Source: Acidobacteriota bacterium (GTDB lineage Bacteria > Acidobacteriota > UBA6911 > RPQK01 > JAJDTT01). From it: DNA of 64,000 nt. The notes beneath the pieces are model-generated. The model was given only the letters and a program-made list of their open reading frames with translations, was not told the origin of the DNA and ran no database searches. The translations under genes and the position numbers were made by a program. The stretch is taken from positions 480,001-544,000 of the forward strand of contig CBDCJH010000002.1 of NCBI GenBank assembly GCA_965217775.1, given 5' to 3'. Positions within the stretch are counted from its first letter, which is position 1. Every line of letters starts with the position of its first letter. Positions 60,946 to 64,000 of this stretch are shown here, in pieces.

Positions 60946-63263
60946 GTGTCTACTCCCACGCGGGTCGACTGACGGGCCAAGACCCGGCCCGCTTCGTCCA
61001 GCAGCACCAGCACCAGCGCCGCCATTTCGTGTTCATCGTCGGCTAGGACCAAGCTGACGGTCCCCTCTGCATCGACCAGCTTCTGCGTCGCCACAACCGA
61101 TTCACCGTTCGGCTGACCCAGCCGAAGGTCAGCGGTCACCGGACCGCCACCGACCTCGGATTCAATGAAACAGCGCAGTCCCCGCCACGTCATCGATGTG
61201 ATGGAGGCGGTCGCCTTCGTCTCCCCGGCGCGTGTCACGACCATATCCGGGATGAGGCATTCCTGTACGCTCAAGCCGCCGTGTGCGTAATCTTCGGACT
61301 TGTTGAAGCAAGCGATGCCGGGCGCCGTCGCGAACCACTGTGCACTGTTCCAGTGCCACGGCGCGCGCGTCACGTCAGGTATCGACTCTCCAGCAATGAC
61401 CGCGCAACGGGCCCAGCGACTCTCCGTCAGGTGCTTCGGCAGGTCCACCTTCGGCAGCCCTCCGGGCAACAGCAACCACCCGTGATCCGTCACGACGCGC
61501 ACGGTCGCCCATCCAGCGTCGAGGACGCTCTTGATTCGTTCCGCCAGACGCCTTATTTCACGGTCCAGTTGGCCCGCGACCTGAACTCCCATCTCGTGGC
61601 CGAATTTGTCGAATCTGCCTGCCTCCAGCCAGGCGCGCGCCGGGTGGGAGTTCGGCGGGTCCGGGGCGGTACCGCTAAGAAGCTGGTAGCCTTTTTCTCC
61701 TATCGCCGTGCGCAGCCGCGACGCATCGGCGGGCTTTCCGCCGGTCTTCAGCCGCGCGCCGAACGTTGGATCCAGCGCGACGCCCTCGACATGCTCTGCA
61801 ACTGGAGTCACCGCTGGTTTTGCCGTCCCGGTGACCGTCGGCAGCGCCGCCCACCGGTGTCCCAAGTCGACGCGGAAACCACGGCCTTCAAGCGACTCCG
61901 CCAGACGGTTGGCCAAGTCGAACCGCAGCCCGTCGACGAACAGTATGCAGCCGTCATCTCCCGCCTCCACCGTCGGCTGATCCCCGCAGCTTGGCAGGGG
62001 CGCTCTTTCGACCGCTGCCTGAAACGCGCGCGCCGAGTCCTCCAGCCACGGTTGGAGGAGGTGGCGTACGGTCTCCTTGATCCACTCTTCATCCTCGAAC
62101 GGTGCGATGGCCAGCGTTTCCCAGGCTCCCAGGTCCGCCTGGCAGCCCCGATCGAGATAGGCTCGGGCCACGTCATCGGGCGTCGTTCCTCCCATGGCCT
62201 GACGCGCCGACTTCGCAAGCTTGGCGAGGGACTTCAAGAGCTCCGCCATCGGCGCCGACCCCATGCGAGCCCAGACCCATTTTCGGCGCCCGCCATGGTG
62301 CTTTTCGAGTCCGATGATCGTTTCGCAAGCCTCATCGTGATGGAGCGTTGGTATCGCGATGAGTCTGTCTCGAACGGTTTCCTCGTCCTTTTCGTTCAGA
62401 TCGGGCCACCGGTCACGATTGAAGCGCAATCTGCCCGACGGTTTGCTGCGCTGGAGTAGTCCGGCGATGTCGCCATAGCTTTGGGGCGCTTCGGCGAACC
62501 GTTCCCACACGGCCGCCCACTGCCCGTCCCCCCGCGCCATCCTCGCACCAGCCACGACATCCGCTTCAATCGCCGGATCGAACTCCATCTCATCCCGGCA
62601 GCGGCTGCAGAACGCTTCCCATTCGCTCGATCCCAAGCGGTTGCGCGCTCCGTCCGGGTCCCCCATCCATCGCAGCAGGTCTCTGACGACATCGCCGGCG
62701 AGCATGCGATCGAAGTCGTCGCCCGAGAGGCGACGGCGAGCGAGTTGTTTCACCGGGCTGAGAGCCACTTCAGGCAACGCCCGGAGCAGCGCGTCGCTGG
62801 TGGCCTGATCGCCGGCGATGTCAAGATCCAGTGTGTTTCGTGAAGTCAAGTAGGCGTTCACCGTCCAGTCTTTGCCGTTGGGTTGATGCCAGAGGGCGCC
62901 CCGGAACAGCAGCGCCACCAACGGCTTCAATCGGTCCGGGCACTCCGCCCCGGCGCGGAGCCGTTGGCGCGCCACTCCGGGCAGGTACACGATCGGTGGC
63001 CGGCCATCGGGAAGGGAAGGCTTGTCGACGGTGCCGTCCACGACGCAACGCACCCAGATGGCAGGACCGGTGCGCCGCTCGGGTTCGTAGTCGCCCAGGA
63101 CGAGAAATTCCGTGACCCGCTTGAGAAGCAGGTCCTTCAGCGGCAGCCACTCGCCCTTGGGGTCGGTCCAGAGGATGGCAGCCGGGCGTACTTGGCCGTC
63201 GAGTGGCGTGCCCTTGGCGCGGAGACCGCAGATCAGCCGATCGAGAATAGTCTCCTCTCTCAT
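60942..63263 (-). CDS. pglZ: BREX phosphatase PglZ (type B-like)
   Basis: ILWTDP, LFVDGLRFDL, LPTVT.TAK, VTDHGWLL, YAHGGLSVQEC. Confidence 0.92.
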   Translation of the reverse strand: MREETILDRLICGLRAKGTPLDGQVRPAAILWTDPKGEWLPLKDLLLKRVTEFLVLGDYEPERRTGPAIWVRCVVDGTVDKPSLPDGRPPIVYLPGVARQRLRAGAECPDRLKPLVALLFRGALWHQPNGKDWTVNAYLTSRNTLDLDIAGDQATSDALLRALPEVALSPVKQLARRRLSGDDFDRMLAGDVVRDLLRWMGDPDGARNRLGSSEWEAFCSRCRDEMEFDPAIEADVVAGARMARGDGQWAAVWERFAEAPQSYGDIAGLLQRSKPSGRLRFNRDRWPDLNEKDEETVRDRLIAIPTLHHDEACETIIGLEKHHGGRRKWVWARMGSAPMAELLKSLAKLAKSARQAMGGTTPDDVARAYLDRGCQADLGAWETLAIAPFEDEEWIKETVRHLLQPWLEDSARAFQAAVERAPLPSCGDQPTVEAGDDGCILFVDGLRFDLANRLAESLEGRGFRVDLGHRWAALPTVTGTAKPAVTPVAEHVEGVALDPTFGARLKTGGKPADASRLRTAIGEKGYQLLSGTAPDPPNSHPARAWLEAGRFDKFGHEMGVQVAGQLDREIRRLAERIKSVLDAGWATVRVVTDHGWLLLPGGLPKVDLPKHLTESRWARCAVIAGESIPDVTRAPWHWNSAQWFATAPGIACFNKSEDYAHGGLSVQECLIPDMVVTRAGETKATASITSMTWRGLRCFIESEVGGGPVTADLRLGQPNGESVVATQKLVDAEGTVSLVLADDEHEMAALVLVLLDEAGRVLARQSTRVGVDT

Positions 63264-64000
63264 CGGTCTGGTGCCGGACCCTTCCGCAGTGTCAACTTCA
63301 AGTAGTCCTCCGTTGCTTCGAACTCGGGATCCACGCCGTTCAAATTACGGAGCAGAGGAACAATCTTCTTGCGAACGCCCATGCCCCTCGCGTCGACGTA
63401 GCCGTAATCTCGCAAGACCTCGACGACGAGTGGATTCCGAGCCGAACGTTGACCGGCCAGCATTTTTTTGACCGTCATGGTGTTCGGCAACGCACCGGGA
63501 CTCAATATCTCCAATCGATCGACATAACGGACCAATTCGATCTCCTCATAGCGGGTCCAATCCCTGTGAGCGAGTGCATTGACAACTGCCTCGCGGAGGG
63601 CCTCCATGGGATAGTGCCAGTGGCGTTCACGTCGCATGGACTCGTTGATGTCGTCCGTTTCTTCTAAAACGAATGGCCGTATCGAGTCAGCGAGATTTTC
63701 AATCAGACCCTTTTCGACGATCTTCCTCCCCCAACGCGGTGATTCCTTCCAGTAGGCGACCAAGGGACCATCGAGCACTTGGTCGTCCAGTGCGTCGTAG
63801 GCTTTGTCATCACCTTTGAAGGCCATCCAGCGGATGCCCGCTTGGCGCATCAGGCGTCTTGGGCTGTATCCAAACAGCAGGAGGCCCGCTATCGTGCACA
63901 GTGGGGGGCCATCTTGGCGCTCGGTCATAAAGCCCAGTCCGCACAGGCGTTCCCCCCACTCCATTTCGGAGGTTGGGATTTCGTGGTCGCCGACGATTCT
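63260..64000 (-). CDS. ATP-binding protein with HATPase_c_4 (RecG C-terminal-like) domain; 5' part outside the window
   Basis: AGLLLFG, YP.EALREAVVNALAHRDW, EILSPGAL, RNP, RGMG. The frame is open to the window edge (RIVGDHEIPTSEM...). Confidence 0.82.
   Translation of the reverse strand, partial: RIVGDHEIPTSEMEWGERLCGLGFMTERQDGPPLCTIAGLLLFGYSPRRLMRQAGIRWMAFKGDDKAYDALDDQVLDGPLVAYWKESPRWGRKIVEKGLIENLADSIRPFVLEETDDINESMRRERHWHYPMEALREAVVNALAHRDWTRYEEIELVRYVDRLEILSPGALPNTMTVKKMLAGQRSARNPLVVEVLRDYGYVDARGMGVRKKIVPLLRNLNGVDPEFEATEDYLKLTLRKGPAPDR

Overview
High-GC bacterial chromosome segment. The gene orders rplM-rpsI-rpsB-tsf-pyrH-frr and pilQ-M24 peptidase-accB-accC-thiE suggest an Acidobacteriota-like organism (inference). 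Roughly the first 38 kb is housekeeping: thiE, an NSS transporter, accBC, pilNOPQ without pilM, a translation cluster, lepB, carAB, a 2-oxoacid:ferredoxin oxidoreductase, a TrpR-like regulator with hisDCBHAF, tpx, and thiC with a TPP riboswitch. The rest is accessory: SprT and Sel1-repeat proteins, an uncharacterised catabolic cluster, an MFP plus two RND pumps, a frameshifted BNR-repeat gene, and the distal end of a BREX island (brxL, pglZ, and a coupled HATPase_c_4-type gene). Intergenic spaces carry at least three families of TA-flanked MITEs (A about 160 bp, B about 160 bp, C about 130 bp) that occur in tandem, nest in each other, and often abut stop or start codons. The most unusual element is a 626-nt ORF-less group II intron (8716-9341). 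It has intact DII, DIII, DV and DVI, but domain I is reduced to about 37 nt. It is inserted with exact exon junctions into the terminal inverted repeat of a family C MITE, and it carries a structured insert in DIV that is complementary to the DI stub. All calls come from reading the sequence and recognising motifs; no database searches were run.
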